A stretch of DNA of 61,342 nucleotides, filler included, from Sphacelaria rigidula (GCA_964200075.2; 7 parts of 7 records of this genome joined end to end with filler, not necessarily neighbours in it); one strand, 5' to 3'; positions 25,851-38,809 are shown, counted from the whole stretch's first letter. Translations and numbers: made by a program. The notes: generated by a model from the letters alone, not told the origin.

Positions 25851-26067
25851 GCCGAAAAAGACGATAGTTGTTGTAGACTGGGGAGGGGGAGGCGTTGAGG
25901 CGACGGTACTGAAGCGCACGGACGGTGTTCTGAGCGTGGCTGGGCAAGCGGCGGACGCATCTGTGGGGGGTGGGGAGTTCACGAACAGGCTGCTAGCGTT
26001 CTGTGCCAAAGATTTCAAGAGGCGAACTGGGGGAGACATTTTCGAGAGCAAGAGATCTGTGCTCAAG
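25851..26067 (+). CDS. Hsp70-family protein exon 3 (gene continues past contig end)
   Basis: Acceptor aacaacag, phase 2 consistent; IVVVDWGGGGVEATVL...VGGGEFTNRLLAFCAKDFKRRTG; donor AAG|GTGATA. Confidence 0.9.
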
Positions 26068-26150
26068 GTGATATTGTTTATCGTGTCATTACGGACGTCG
26101 CTGAGTTCGCTGGTAGCATGGCAATGAAGTATAACCCGTTAACCTCTTGC

Positions 26151-26182
<32 letters not shown>

Positions 26183-27649
26183 CGGCGGCCCGCTGGCCGG
26201 CGCGTTCCGCCGCCGCACCCAGAAAACCAAAAACNNNNNNNNNNNNNNNNNNNNNNNNNNNNNNNNNNNNNNNNNNNNTTAATTAATTAANNNNNNNNNN
26301 NNNNNNNNNNNNNNNNNNNNNNNNNNNNNNNNNNCATAGCCATGAGACCATTGACCTCGCATCCGTACAAAGTCGGGACGGAGCACGAGAGGGGGGGGGG
26401 GGGAACAGGTACAGGTTCTCGAGAGGGAACTTTTCCTTCACACACGAAAAAAACTACGTCGAGCCAACTAAGAGTAATCAACCACCGTTCAGGTACGCAA
26501 CCGAAAAAAAACTGTGTTGAGACCACATTTGTACGAACGAAATCATACCCAGAATACACATGTGAAGCGGAGAAACAGTCACAGGAATGAGGTCCGCCAG
26601 TGACATACATGAGCGGACTCGGAACGTTCAAATCTATGAAACTGGATCTTTGGGGAGCTAGGTAACAGGGTCCTCCGGCAGCAAGAGCTCAGCATAACAA
26701 GAGCCACCGACTAAGAGTAATCAGCCACCGTTCACGTACGCAACCAAAAACAAGAATGTAGAATAATCAAGAGAGAGAGAGCTAGACAAAAACAAAGGGA
26801 AAAAAACGGCACATTTATTTTTGAACAGATGCATATAATGAAAAGTCTAAAGTATAAAAGATTGAAGAAAAAAAAAGGAATGAAGGGGGAAAAAAAAGAA
26901 AGGAAAGGGACGATGTAACCACGAGATCGAAAAACATGTCGACCTTCGAAATATAAAGAATTTTAAAGCCGTACTTGATTGGACCCAAGTCGTGATAGGG
27001 AGCTGCACCGCAATCGAATAATCGTAAAACCTTGATTTTTTTGGTTCATACTAGCAAATCGTTCATTCGAAAATCTTGACTCGAATCCACACCCGCAAAT
27101 CGGAAATAATAATAAAAAAACCATCCACATTCATCATGGCAACAGAACAGATGAAAGCGGGTACTGAAACTCAAAAAAGCTTGCAGTCACATCGAGACAA
27201 TGAAATCGAGACACACAACACCTTGTGACCACCATGATCGAAAACTCGAAAAACCTGATTCGAAAGTGCACAGTCGCAACAGAATAAAATTAAACCTTGA
27301 TTCGAATTTCAAGTCGCAATCAAATGATCGCAACCCTTGATTCGAAATTCCAGCCGCCATCTAATAAATGAAAAGCAGAAACTGAAGTCAAGACTCAACC
27401 GCGTGGAGCTGGGATGAAAATGGAATCCCACCTCAGCCAGCGCCCGAGCCTGTTGATCGTGGTAATCCGAGTCGGCCGTCGATGCCGTGCTTGGGCTAAG
27501 CGGGCCGATGAGGTGCTCGAACACGCTTCCTTCCAAAAACATGCTAAAAACCTGGTATATCGTAACATTTTGAAAAGATAATTAGAGTGGTGAGTGCGCC
27601 GCGAAACCTGGATGTTGTGCCCTTGACTCCCAGAGCAATAGTTACAGTT

Positions 27650-27716
27650 CTACCACTACTACAAGTACTACTACAAGTACTACAGGTACTACCATCACTA
27701 CTAGTACTGCAACAAG

Positions 27717-27773
<57 letters not shown>

Positions 27774-27863
27774 AAGTATTACTACAACTACAACTATAAG
27801 TACTACAAGTACTACAAGTACTACAAGTACTACAAGTACTACAAGTACTACAAGTACTACTAC
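27650..27863. repeat. Compound microsatellite (CTA)n / (TACAAGTAC)n
   Basis: Directly visible. Confidence 0.95.
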
Positions 27864-30800
27864 TTCCAACGAACATGATACAGGCTGGTCCAGGGTGAAT
27901 GCCCAAAAATTATTCCTCACTACGAAGATGCAGAACGGAAGACTGACCCGATAGCAACATATTTGGTATGGCGACCCTCACGAGCAAGCGGACCGTGTAA
28001 CATGGCCAGATTTTTTCTTGCATCCTTTGGCGTGGCGCTGGTGGTGAACATGTTTCTCGGCCAGTCAGGGGCATTCAAATTGTTTTGAAATTAAAAATGC
28101 AAAATCCCGACATAATGTGTGCCCAATCTCCTCACGAATCAAACATTCCTAAGAACCATCAGCTAGGGAGTCTAACGCAAAAACAGATTTCAAGACTGTT
28201 TGTGTGGGATCGAGTTATACCCCAAAACGCAAAATGTGGTACTTCGGTGATGTTGGGTTTCGGCGGCGTCGGATTCCGTCGATTAAATGCATCGAAGACC
28301 CAGAAAGCCTCTTGACGTTTGTCGCTGTAAGGTCGTAGAAAAGCTCCGATCACCATCAAACTTGGCAGTTGGGTCGATACAGGTGCTACGAATGGATAAA
28401 AATAAAAAAAAGTTGAAGAGTATTTCAAAGTTTATCCGCTCTCTGACGGCTTCCGGGCGTCCCGGCGTGAAGTCCCCTTGAAGCCGTTACAGATTACTTG
28501 AAAAAAAAAAAAAGTTGACCCGACCCGAGGTAGTCTAAGTAATATTTGTACAACGTTTCGTTGCGTAACTCGAAAGCTGATTCCAAGCGGTCGATGTAAG
28601 CTCAAGCGCACGAGGAAAGCGTCGGTAGCATGCACACGCGGCCATTTGGCTGACCCCCAAAATGCCTCGGGAGGGGTGCGCGGCCCTCCAGGGGGAAAAC
28701 ATGCCTCCGGAAGCCTTCAACCCCTCTGGAGGAAACCCAACTCTACCGACCCGGAGGGCCGCGCACCCCTCCGGAGGAATTTGGGGGTATGCGCGGCCCT
28801 CCAGGGGCAAAAATAAGCCTTCGGAGGCGTTTAATCCTCCTGGAGGAAACCAAAAAATCTCCGCTGGAGGGCCGCGCACCCCTCCGGTGGCGTGTAATTC
28901 CTCTGGGGGCTCGAAACGTTTACCCACCAGGAGGAATTTCAGAGGTAGCCAAACGGCCGCGTGTGTGCGATGATCAAGTAACGAGGGGGGTTCCGCGTAC
29001 AAAAGTGTACTTCAACACACATACGGGCGATCTTTCACGCCGTTTTTCGAGTTTAACCCCAAATATTTTCACAAGGGGGCTCTGAGATATTTGAAGAAGG
29101 CTGTGTGAATAGGGTCTTTCGATTTTTTTCTTCGTTAAATACCCGAGGATTCTCGCTCGGTATGCCTCGCGTTACGGTTCCGATCAGGGTTATCGCGAGG
29201 GTTGGGGTGAGGATTAGCGTTAGTGCCAGGCTTTGAGTTCGACAAATATAGGTGTGTCGAAAGAATGGGTCATTGTTGACGACAAACTCCTGTGACCCCG
29301 TGACCCCGGCTGTGCCCCTTTTGGGCGAAGTTTTGATATCTTTGCTGCGGGAGGAGTCGTGCTACGATACGACAGGGGTGCACGGATATTTTCTCGGCCA
29401 GTGTATGAGAGTTAGATACATAAGATGGAGCACTTGCACCACTATTAGTGCGGTTAGGACGAAAAGTTGCATCTAAACCTGAGGCGATCTTCTCGCAGCA
29501 AGTTCACAACAGGTAACAAAAAAATGTCACAGTCCGTACCATCGCTTTGTTTTCACAGCGTGACAAAAAATACTGCTCGACAAAGTTTCGGCCAAAAAAG
29601 TGACCCCCCCCTACTGTACTGTAGCACGCGCGACTGACTCGGAAGCGTTCCTACCCTTCAGTCTGAACCAGAGTAAGCAAAACGTTCGCAGCGGACGGTT
29701 GCGGTCTCACAACGCGAGTTCGTCGGTCAGAATAGTCCATGGTTGGTCAGAGACGACAGACACACTTTGGACAGAATCCTAGGGTAGTGGCACCATGGTA
29801 TCAACACTGCTGACGCCAGGTTCACGCCGTTGGCTGCTGGTGCATACATGCATCCCGTAGACATAGTCCAACTTCAAGATCACCCAACGACTGGGAATAC
29901 TTTCTTTGTGTCATTTTACTTCATAAGGGGAACAACCAGCACACATGAAGCCTCCATTCCCAATGTGGCTGCGAAGCTTCGAGAATCTTTTACAACAGAA
30001 ACAACGTCTGTACACACACACACATCCAAAATCAAAAACCATGGGAAAAAAAACTTTTTCTCGATTGATTGGCAGGCATTTCGGTATTCACTACATTTTG
30101 CATTTGCATTCAAAAAAGCTTCAAGTTTCAGAACAAAAAAATCACTGAAAAAAAAATCTTTGGTGCAATATTTGCATCTTATTTTGTGGATCAACCAACA
30201 CCCACACATTACGTGAAAGTATCGTGACGACCGGACAGAAAAAATCACAACAAAAAACTAAACGTCATGTTCTTCGAAACCATCATATCACCTCCATGGG
30301 ATCTGTTCGCCGTTTCTGGGCCCCACCTCCAACGTTGCCCCCGCCGCTGCCGTCGGCAGCAGCAGCAACATCCCCATTCCCCTCATCCCCGCCCCAGCTC
30401 AGCCCGTCATCCTCCAAACACCCTAACCCCTTCTTGTGGTATCTCTCCCTGGATCACGACCGAAAACGCGGGGCAGGGGGAAGTGGCGAGGTACACAAGG
30501 AAAGTTTACTATAATTAAAAAGGAATGATTGAATGAATAAATACATTACGAAGACTATAATAGACTACAAGACAGGCTGGTCGGTACAGGGTGAACGCCC
30601 AAAATTATTCCCCCGCGATATTCTCACGCAGGCTTTTGGAGTTAGATCCTAACAATTTTGCATACGTATGCCACGGGGTATCGCAAAGCTTTTGCATGAA
30701 TGTTTTTGTTCCTTCGACAGATATCCGGGTCTCTGGGGGTCCCGGGGGTGATATGGTCTCATACAGTCTCGTTGTACCCTGGACATCTGGCGAAGAAGGA

Positions 30801-30882
30801 ACAACAAAAAACATGAAAAACCAGTCATACAAAGTTTTGCCATATCCCATAGAACACGTGTGCAAAAATTCAGGATCTAAGA

Positions 30883-31331
30883 CCGGGTGTTATGGCAAAC
30901 AGAATTTTGGCCCACGGATTGATTGTTCACTTTTGGGACGTTTGACCCACCTTTTGACTCCCAAACCAAGAAAACCGCCAACACATGTCTCGGACACTTT
31001 GCATCACCCCACAGAGAGAAGCCTAGTCTGCTCTTCAGATTCGCTTGGCTCCGAGGTTTCGACATTGGCCGCTGAACAAAAATTCGTGCGCAAAAGATCT
31101 GTGCTTGCCGACCCCCGCCAGTTTACCAGAATTTTTGTTCAGCGGCCAATGTCGAAACCTCGGAGCCAAGCGAATCTGAAGAGCAGACTAGGCTCCTCTC
31201 TGTGGGGTGATGCAAGGTGAACGAGACGTGTGTTGGTGGTTTTTTTGGTTTGGGAGTCAAAAGGTGGGTCAAACGTCCCAAAAGTGAACAATCAATCCGT
31301 GGGCCAAAATTCTGTGTGCCATAACATCCGG
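30883..31331. repeat. Long inverted repeat, ~203 bp arms, ~43 nt loop
   Basis: 30883-31085 is the reverse complement of 31129-31331. Confidence 0.92.
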
Positions 31332-32039
31332 CCCAACTCCAAAACTGGCGTGAGAAAATCGCCCTCGAGTGTCGTCAAGGGTCAAACTCTGCTGAAGCCC
31401 CTTATTATTTTATTTCGGAATCAAACCGACCGTTTTCTCTTGTGCGTTCAAGCTTGCATCGACCGTTCGGGGATCAGATTGTTCGAGTTACGCAACGAAA
31501 CATTGTACAAGCATTCACGGTTCGGACGAATCATCGCCGGTTCGAATCACCAAATTCACGATTTCCTAGACCTGACTGATCGAAAGAGAGGGAAAAAAGT
31601 CGACCGCTGGTCAAACAGGTCTCCACGCAACTTGTGCGTCATTCCACGTGCCTGGGCTGCGTATGCCTGAGGGTTCCAACGCTGAAAACAGTGCGTAAGG
31701 ATTGATTCGTACGGTACGAATCAACGACACTAGAATCAAGTAATTTCCGGACGAATCATTGAATTTGTCCGACCCTTGCAAGCATTCCTTGGACTACCTT
31801 CCAACGAGGCAAATTTGCATTCTTCCATTTCGAGGCATTCTGTACCGGCTTCTGGGGGGCCTTCACGCCGGGACCGCCGGAAGCCGGTTGAAAGCGGATA
31901 AACTTTGAAAAATGTTGTTCATTTTTTCCTCTTGGAGCACCCATTTCAACCAAAGTGCCAAGTTTGAGGATGATCGGAGCTTTTCAACGACAGGTATAAG
32001 GGAAACCGTCACGAGGCTTTTGTGGTCTTGGACGCGCAT

Positions 32040-32152
32040 CCCTTTCGGGTCCCATTGACGATCTTTGTTTGTGTGAATCGGCATCACTTTCATTTTCAAG
32101 CCAAAATGATGCAGATTCACAAAAACAAAAATCGTCAATGGGTTCCCAAAGG
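32040..32152. mobile_element. ~115 bp palindromic piggyBac-like MITE; related copy at ~60458-60574
   Basis: ccctttcgggtcccattgacgat ... atcgtcaatgggttcccaaagg with the internal gaatcggcatca motif; the 60458 copy ends aagggTTAA. Confidence 0.6.
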
Positions 32153-32485
32153 TAACCTCGTAACCTTCTAAAAGTTGAGTAGTGGGGTTTGATTCCCGGA
32201 GCGATCTGGGATTTTTTCTTATACCATGCTCGACATTGCAGAGAGCGACTATGTCGTGGGTACACAAAATTTGACTTAACGGTCGACGAGGGAAAGGGAC
32301 TGCTGAACTCCTCTCGCGATAAAAAATAAAAGGCAAGCACCGTAGAAGGAAGGTGGGGTACTGAAAAAATAAATACAGAAGCCTCTGTGTTGACGCTCCT
32401 CCTGTGTGACCCCGGCTGATGCGCCCACATGTCTCGGAAGAGGTAGACTGGCGCCCAGAATAAATGGGACGACAACACACACACA
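32151..32485 (+). mobile_element. tRNA-derived SINE (5' truncated) with (CA)n tail
   Basis: B-box-like ggtttgattcc; body matches 38810-39152 (reverse); the 3' end ggcgcccagaataaatgggacgac(ac)n also occurs at 41178-41271. Confidence 0.7.
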
Positions 32486-32629
32486 TTCTGTACTGGACTT
32501 TTGATGCGAACGCCTTCCGCGGTCACGGGGTAACTATCCCAAGCTAGGGTAAAATCCAAATGTGAACTCGGACCCAGAAAAATTCACACCGACGCGGTGC
32601 AAAAAAATACAAAGAACAAAATGCTGCGA

Positions 32630-33078
32630 AGACCCACTTTCATGGCAACGGATCTCGATTTGTACCATTATGAGGATTTCAGCCGGTCTACAGGCGATTT
32701 TCTCCCGTGGATTGATTTTTCGGACCCCGGTCCGTTGGGCAATGTTTTTCGCTCACCTGTGAGCAAACCAGATCAATTCTCCGATTCTCTGGACGTTGAC
32801 TTTTGGTTCATCACCTTTCTGCTCGAATCGGGACACTCCCGCATCTCCCCCGATGTTTTCAAAATGCGGGAGTGTCCCGATTCGAGCAGAAAGGTGATGA
32901 ACCAGAAGTCAACGTCCAGAGAATCGGAGAATTGATCTGGTTTGCTCACAGCTAAGCGAAACACATTGCATAACGGACTGGGGTTCGAAAAATCAATCCA
33001 CGGGAGAAAATCGCCTGTAGACGGGCTGAAATCCTCATAATTGTACAAATCGAGATCCATTGTCATAAAAGTGCGTCT
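32630..33078. repeat. Long inverted repeat, ~215 bp arms, 19 nt loop
   Basis: 32630-32844 is the reverse complement of 32864-33078. Confidence 0.92.
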
Positions 33079-34362
33079 AAAACCTCAAACTTTCCGGTGC
33101 CACAGGCGACCATTCGAATTATCAGTGGAAATGCGATGACACCAAAAACAACATCCCCGGAACATGACGGTTTGGGATATAACTCGGTCCCATACACCGT
33201 TCCCAAATCTGTCTTTTGCTTTAGATTCCCTTGTTGATGCCGGTTACTAGGGCTTTTGATTCATGATGTGATTGGGTAAATATTGTGTCGTCAGGGATTC
33301 GCATATTTTATTTCAGAACAATTTTAGGACCCCTGATTGGCTGAGAAACAAATTCACTACTACCGCCACAGAAAAGGACGCAAGAAAAGTTCTGGCAATT
33401 TCACACCGTTCGCTTTGCAAGTCGGGGTCAGTATGCACAGGCACCGTAGGTGAGGTAGGTACCCGGTACGGGTATTTTGGACATCTCATACCCTACCAAC
33501 ACCGGTCCGATCGGGTATTTTCAAATGTCGTACCGACGATACCTACGATACCACGTAATTTCGAGATTTCAATACCTACCGTACCCAACACGATCAGGTA
33601 ATTTCAAAACTCATACCTACGATACCCACGCATACCACGGTATGGGATACCCCGGTAAATACCGGGGGTACGCTCGCTACGGTGCCCTACCTACGGTTCC
33701 CGTTGTATACTTCCTTTGAGCTCGGTAGTGCACAACCTGTAGCTCACCACTGCAGTGACGTACCCCGTACCAGAAAGTAGTGCTGCGGTATGGATGACAC
33801 GTTCCGCGATAGCACCCCCCACACACAACGGTCAAACAGCGCCTGATGTTTGGTTTCAAGCTGCATAAAGCGCCTCATGTAGGCGACACTGGCAAAAACG
33901 AACCCAAGCGTGGGAATTCCCAGCGGCTTGTCGTGCTCGGCTTATTCCATTTCGATCTACGTGTAGATTTTGCCTCTCCATACCAGCCACTTTTTTCGGG
34001 GGGGAGGGGCGGCTAACGCAGAAAGTGTCGGATGCAAAAATATTTTCTGAGGCTCAAATTTGTTGGGAGCCCCCGACCTCATACAAGAATACGACTCACG
34101 AAACGTGTGGGAGCACGTCACCATGAGCATGATAATGGACTAGGAGTACATATTTTCTTGTTCCCACCCTCTTTTTTTCTTGGTTTTATATTTCAAATGG
34201 CAATCACCTGTAGGATCGCAAATGTCAGCGTTTGGGTAATACGATCCGCGTGCCCCAAAAACCGAGAAGACATGCGGGACAGAGGAAGTATCCATTTTAT
34301 CCGATACATCATTATTGATCCCTGGCGAGCGATGAAAACAAAACAAAATCGAGGAAGTACTT

Positions 34363-34535
34363 GAATGAATGAATGAATGAAATAATGAATCAATGAATGA
34401 ATCAATGAATGAATGAATGAATGAATTTATGAATACATGAATGAATGAATACATGAATGAATGAATACATGAATGAATGAATACATGAATGAATTAGTAG
34501 ATGAATGAATTAATAGATGAATGAACGAGTGAATC
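34363..34535. repeat. (TGAA)n microsatellite
   Basis: Directly visible. Confidence 0.95.
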
Positions 34536-34807
34536 AAATAATAGACATATTTCGCACACCTGACTTTTTCGTCTTGAAGAATCTGATAGGCTTCGCTCAC
34601 GCGCTTAAACCGGTCCTGTCCAAGACACGGAAATACAGCACAGCGTCAAAAAACGGTTGCGAACACAAACACGCAGAGCAAATCAAATTCTGCGATGATG
34701 CCAGAGGTTTTTGCGGCGTTTCTCGCACGTACGTCACACAGAGTAACATGGATATGCATATATATATACATATATATATATACACGTACCTGGATCATGT
34801 ACTGCAG

Positions 34808-35011
34808 TTACCCTTTAATCACCACGTACATGGGGCAAACACATCTGTCATTTATTCCGGGCAAATCCAACATGTTCTTCACGCTATACTGCCATCGTAG
34901 TTTCCTCATGTCTCTGTTTGTTTCAAGTGAGCACATTCCCAACTCTGCTCTCAAAACTGTATCACTCGTCGTTTTCGAGCATCCCAGTATTTTCTTAGAT
35001 GCTGCCATCTG
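34808..35011 (-). mobile_element. LINE ORF2 C-terminal fragment (post-RT region)
   Basis: AASKKILGCSKTTSDTVLRAELGMCSLETNRDMRKLRW resembles the conserved post-RT segment of non-LTR elements. Confidence 0.55.
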
Positions 35012-35111
35012 NNNNNNNNNNNNNNNNNNNNNNNNNNNNNNNNNNNNNNNNNNNNTTAATTAATTAANNNNNNNNNNNNNNNNNNNNNNNNNNNNNNNNN
35101 NNNNNNNNNNN

Positions 35112-35223
35112 TCCATTTTTTTTTTTTATACCGAAGAAATCGTGGATTTGGTGATTCGAACCCGTGATGATTCGTCCTAACCGTGGAAGGTTTCGAGGAC
35201 ACCAACTGAGGCACCGGGGCGAT
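35112..35223 (-). mobile_element. tRNA-derived SINE head
   Basis: Minus strand ccccggtgcctcagttgg (A box-like) ... gggttcgaatc (B box). Confidence 0.55.
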
Positions 35224-35742
35224 CGGCTACAGGTATTACACCCTCTAAAATCGTCATGAAGGAAGTGAAAAAGAAAAACAAGGGGGGAAAAGAGGACGCG
35301 ATGCGCATAGTAATGTTTTCAAGCCAACCTGCGCCCGAAACGCCCTAGTGCCACCGATATTCTCGCTTCAACACCAGCTTCCGGCATTGAGCAAGATGTA
35401 TTGGCGGTGCCAAGCTTGATCAAGTGTCACATGCTAGGTTCCTCAGCGTGAACATCTCGTTCAAAAAAAAACGGTCGAGGGAGTAACAACGAAACTGTGT
35501 TCTGACTTCATCAACTTTTTCTTCGTACCAAGTGATGGTTGATTTGGATTGTGGTTATTTTGACTTCAACGCTTCCCTGATCCTGTAGGCATGAGTGGTG
35601 GGGGGGGGGGAACCCCTTTCTCACGCGAGAGGATGTGATTTGGATAATGACCCTGGTTCGTTTCATTATTCTCGTACCTACTACCCCTTAGCCCACGAGG
35701 AAGGGATGGGGGTGTGTTATATACTCCCGTCATACACGTTAA

Positions 35743-37863
35743 ACCTTCGACAGCGACCCCCCTGCAGGTGGACTGAGTTAGACTACGCCACATTTGGGGT
35801 TTAGAACCGCTCTTTTCTCGTTGCACAAAACGCCTTTTTCATGAACATGTGGATATTTGTCATCTATATAAAATAGTCCCGGAGAACCCATCAACAGTTT
35901 GACCCTGCAGTCAATTGCGTGCAGAGTCGGTATGTATGTGTGCTTCATGTCTTCACTGGATACAACGGCAAGAGACAGTTCAAGTGTATCATCGCTCTCC
36001 ACTCAACACAATTTATTGCATGCTGCGGATGCCTCTGCCTAGTGCTCAACAGCAACCAGTGTTCCGCCAAAAGAAGAAAGAAAAAATCGGAACAGAACCT
36101 GACCGCTTTCCCCTCTAGTGCGCTGCTGCAGCGCACAGCACAGGATATAGCGACATGGAACTGTTGACTGTGGTTCGCACAGCATATGAGCGAAGTTATC
36201 AGCGCCTCGCAGCGGCTACAGCGCACGTAGGATCATGTGTCGTGAACTACGCCGCTCTACAGACTGTATAGCCGACCGGTACACTACAAATGGTCATGAT
36301 CCAGGAAGGTCGCGGTCTAGATCGGTGCCAGTTGGCCACCATATCGGCCGCGCAGCCGCTCAACATGTCTAAGTTTGTGCATCTGCGCGTGTGTATATGC
36401 ATTCCCCTGTAGTGCGCAAAGTCTGAGCTGTACAGCCGATTTTAGGGCGCATGGACGGCATTTCCCGAAATCGCTGGAGGCCATGATTTAGGAAAGTCTG
36501 GGGCCCAATCATGCGAATGCTTCGCGCATGTGCTCTTTGTGTTGTGTCCGACTAGTATGCGAAGTTTCATGATGGAACGCGCTGTCGCAGGCGAGAAATC
36601 CACATGCAAAGTTGCACTGGGAATTGGGAGTTCACCGTAGGAAGGTATTCAAATAACCATGAGATGCGGTTACGCCGGGGTAACGCCGCATATCAGATGC
36701 GATTACGCAGTTTTACGGCATGGGTGCTGCCTGTAGACCGTACATTGCATCGGCGTATTCAGTCTTACGCCAAAAAAAAAAAAAAAAGGAACACATTTTG
36801 ACATATTGTCGCCCAATACGCACGCACACACTGCGCAACCCTAGATTAAGCAAAATGAGGTTGTTGTCTGTCGTCTCCATGTCATGTGGTCGAAGTTTCA
36901 GCGTGTAAAAGCACGGACAGCGCTTGCACGGCCGTGGCTCCTAAAGTGAGCACCTCTGCAGGCAATACCAAGATGGATATCGCGTAGAACGACATCATCC
37001 AGAGTGTGCCCAATACGGATCGATGTTTTTTTGCCGGGGCAGGAGCCACCCAGCAGGTCATGATGTGGAAGTGAACCCATCTGCGTGTCAACGTATGCAT
37101 CCACTGCGCCGTCTGGGCCGAGGGGACTCCGTTTTGAGGGCGTATCGATAGCCTTGCCCAAAATCCGTATTCGCCTCGTGCGTCTGGCGCACCACGTAAA
37201 ACGTGCCGCCGATCCAGGAATATGCTGTCTGTGTTGTGGTCTACCTCTGTGCCAAGTCTCAGGCTGGTTCGTTCAGATACGGCAGAGAAATCCAGGAGCA
37301 AAGTAACGCTTGGCTTGTACTCAAAATACAGTACTAAGCCGTCGAAAGGTATATGAGGTGCGTACGATTCTTGTATGCGGGGATCTTGGCATTTGAGTTG
37401 CATTTTTCTTTTCTTTTGGCGCAACAGTGAACACTACAGACAGTGTGAAGCTGCGCTGGCAGCACGTGAGAGGTCAGGCAGGCGGCGGAGACCACGAGCA
37501 GAATACAAAACAACTTATTTGAATCCGTTCAATCCATGGTTGATTTCCCATGACCAAGAGATGAGTCGCGGGGGTAGAAAACGGATTGGTCTAATGCAGT
37601 ACACCCGAACCGGAATAACGTGCTCGTTTTGACGACCGTGATTGGTAAGAATGGGCATCCCGCGCCTCTCGGGCCTCGTGCACGGCTCATGACTTTCTGC
37701 GGGAAACTTTCAAACACACATGGTTGACGTATGTGCTTTTCGGCTCCTTTGAGGACAGACACCCCCCCTCAAACATCACACCCCCCGGCCACTGGAAACC
37801 CCCGAATGTCTCCGGACTGTCAGCCTGTGCAACTGTTCCGAGGCGACGCTTGCTGCCTAAGGA
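35743..37863. mobile_element. ~2.1 kb non-autonomous piggyBac-like element
   Basis: Preceded by TTAA. Left ~90 bp and right ~240 bp are homologous to the termini of 37868-38754; the interior differs. Confidence 0.55.
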
Positions 37864-37867
37864 TTAG

Positions 37868-38754
37868 CCCTTAGACGGCGACCCTCCTGCTGGTAGACTG
37901 AGGTAGACACTCCACTTTTTGGGTTCAGAATCATTCTTTTGTCACAACTCAAAACGCCTACTCTACGGCGGAAGGGACCGGGAGTGCGTAAGAGGCACGT
38001 ATTTGTGAGAGTCATAACACAGACGGTGGTGTGGTTGTCGACCATCTGGTTATCACGCCTCATATTTTTGCTGTGCTGTCTGTAGGGTATCGTGCCGCGG
38101 CTGCACTTGCGGTCTGCAGCGTACTGGATCTTGCAGTGTTGAACGTGCCGAGTGTACGCAGCGTGCGTTTGGATATCGCACCATGACTACCGCCGCGAAC
38201 GCCCCTGACTATCGTAGAACAATTGCTCGGCGATGGCGGTCGCCTCACCGTCGAAGTACTTGTCTACATTTACGTGCGTAGGATACTCGTGGCCGCCGCT
38301 CGCGTGTTGCGCCGTCACGTTTTACACCAGATGGAGGTGTGGAGCTAGTAGGACGCTCAGGCAGTACTGAACAGACAGACACAGCAGTGTACCGAAGATG
38401 CTCGAACACCTGCTTTTTGGTTATATAATGCATGTTTGATTTGGCATGATCAAAATGAGATTTGAGGGTAGACCGCGAAGGTCTCTACCAGCTGTCTACC
38501 TCTACTGGAACACAAGTGCTCATTTTGACGACCGTGATTGGTCAGAATGGTCATCCCGCGCCTCGTGCACAGCTCGTAATTTTCCGCGGGAAACTTTCAA
38601 ACACACATGGTTGACTACGTGAGCTTCTCCGATGCTCCGCGGAGAGACAACCCCCACTCTAAAAAATCACCCCCCCCGAGCTCTGGAAACACCTAGATGT
38701 CTCGCGACTGTCAGCCTGTACAACTGTTCCGAGGTGACGCCCGTCGTCTGAGGG
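37868..38754. mobile_element. ~890 bp non-autonomous piggyBac-like element
   Basis: ttag|CCCTTAGACGGCG ... CGTCGTCTGAGGG|TTAA; full-length inverted copy at 45847-46747. Confidence 0.8.
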
Positions 38755-38809
38755 TTAAGCTGAAAGATGGCACGAAATACCGCGAGTAGAGTTCATTAGT
38801 TTCGTCATC

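Noticed and set aside
27544-27920. Poly-S/V/L ORFs
   Set aside because: Translations of a microsatellite.
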